This document shows positions 61,741 through 61,803 of a stretch of DNA of 61,803 nucleotides, piece after piece. This DNA is from Methanothrix sp. (GTDB lineage Archaea > Halobacteriota > Methanosarcinia > Methanotrichales > Methanotrichaceae): NCBI GenBank assembly GCA_035527135.1, contig DATLBD010000141.1, positions 1-61,803 on the forward strand. Direction: 5' to 3'. The translations under genes and the position numbers were made by a program. A model generated the notes under the pieces. The model was not told the DNA's origin. It ran no database searches and saw only the letters and a program-made list of their open reading frames with translations. Each line of letters opens with the position of its first letter. Positions within the stretch are counted from its first letter, which is position 1.

Positions 61741-61803
61741 TCAGAGGGACTGGCTCTTTAAAATGTCCGTTACCACCTGGTCGCGTGTGAGCCCCTTTCT
61801 CTC
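61741..61803 (-). CDS. C-terminus of a probable MoxR AAA+ ATPase (partial)
   Basis: ERKGLTRDQVVTDILKSQSL*; assignment rests mainly on position directly upstream of DUF58, the usual MoxR-DUF58 order. Confidence 0.55.
   Translation of the reverse strand, partial: ERKGLTRDQVVTDILKSQSL

Overview
Chromosomal window from a methanogenic archaeon, most likely Methanothrix (Methanosaeta). The lineage is inferred from SepCysS, archaeal NAC, secF-secD, an HPS-RraA fusion, CTP-dependent riboflavin kinase, PGF-CTERM proteins and many secreted TPR or Cys-tailed proteins. It is mostly housekeeping and envelope genes, plus a ~2350-aa surface adhesin with 11 SdrD-B-like repeats, a rhodanese/MBL sulfur pair, a radical-SAM + DUF4130 DNA-repair pair and a CHASE-PAS hybrid kinase. 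Decayed accessory DNA includes an IS5-type transposase relic, a broken vapBC-like pair, a partnerless MNT, an orphan PGF-CTERM tail and an AT-rich nuclease-like ORF. The most striking unexplained feature is a ~960-nt non-coding stretch (about 28716-29678). It lies between a strong BRE/TATA promoter and a small winged-helix gene, is rich in stems, and repeatedly shows AAGGGA/GAAAGGGA motifs, several in hairpin loops. It looks like a large structured RNA (protein sponge or regulatory leader), flanked by an unannotated 40-aa ORF and a convergent small structured element. No tRNA, rRNA or CRISPR array was recognised. All calls are by eye from motifs; no database search or folding was run.
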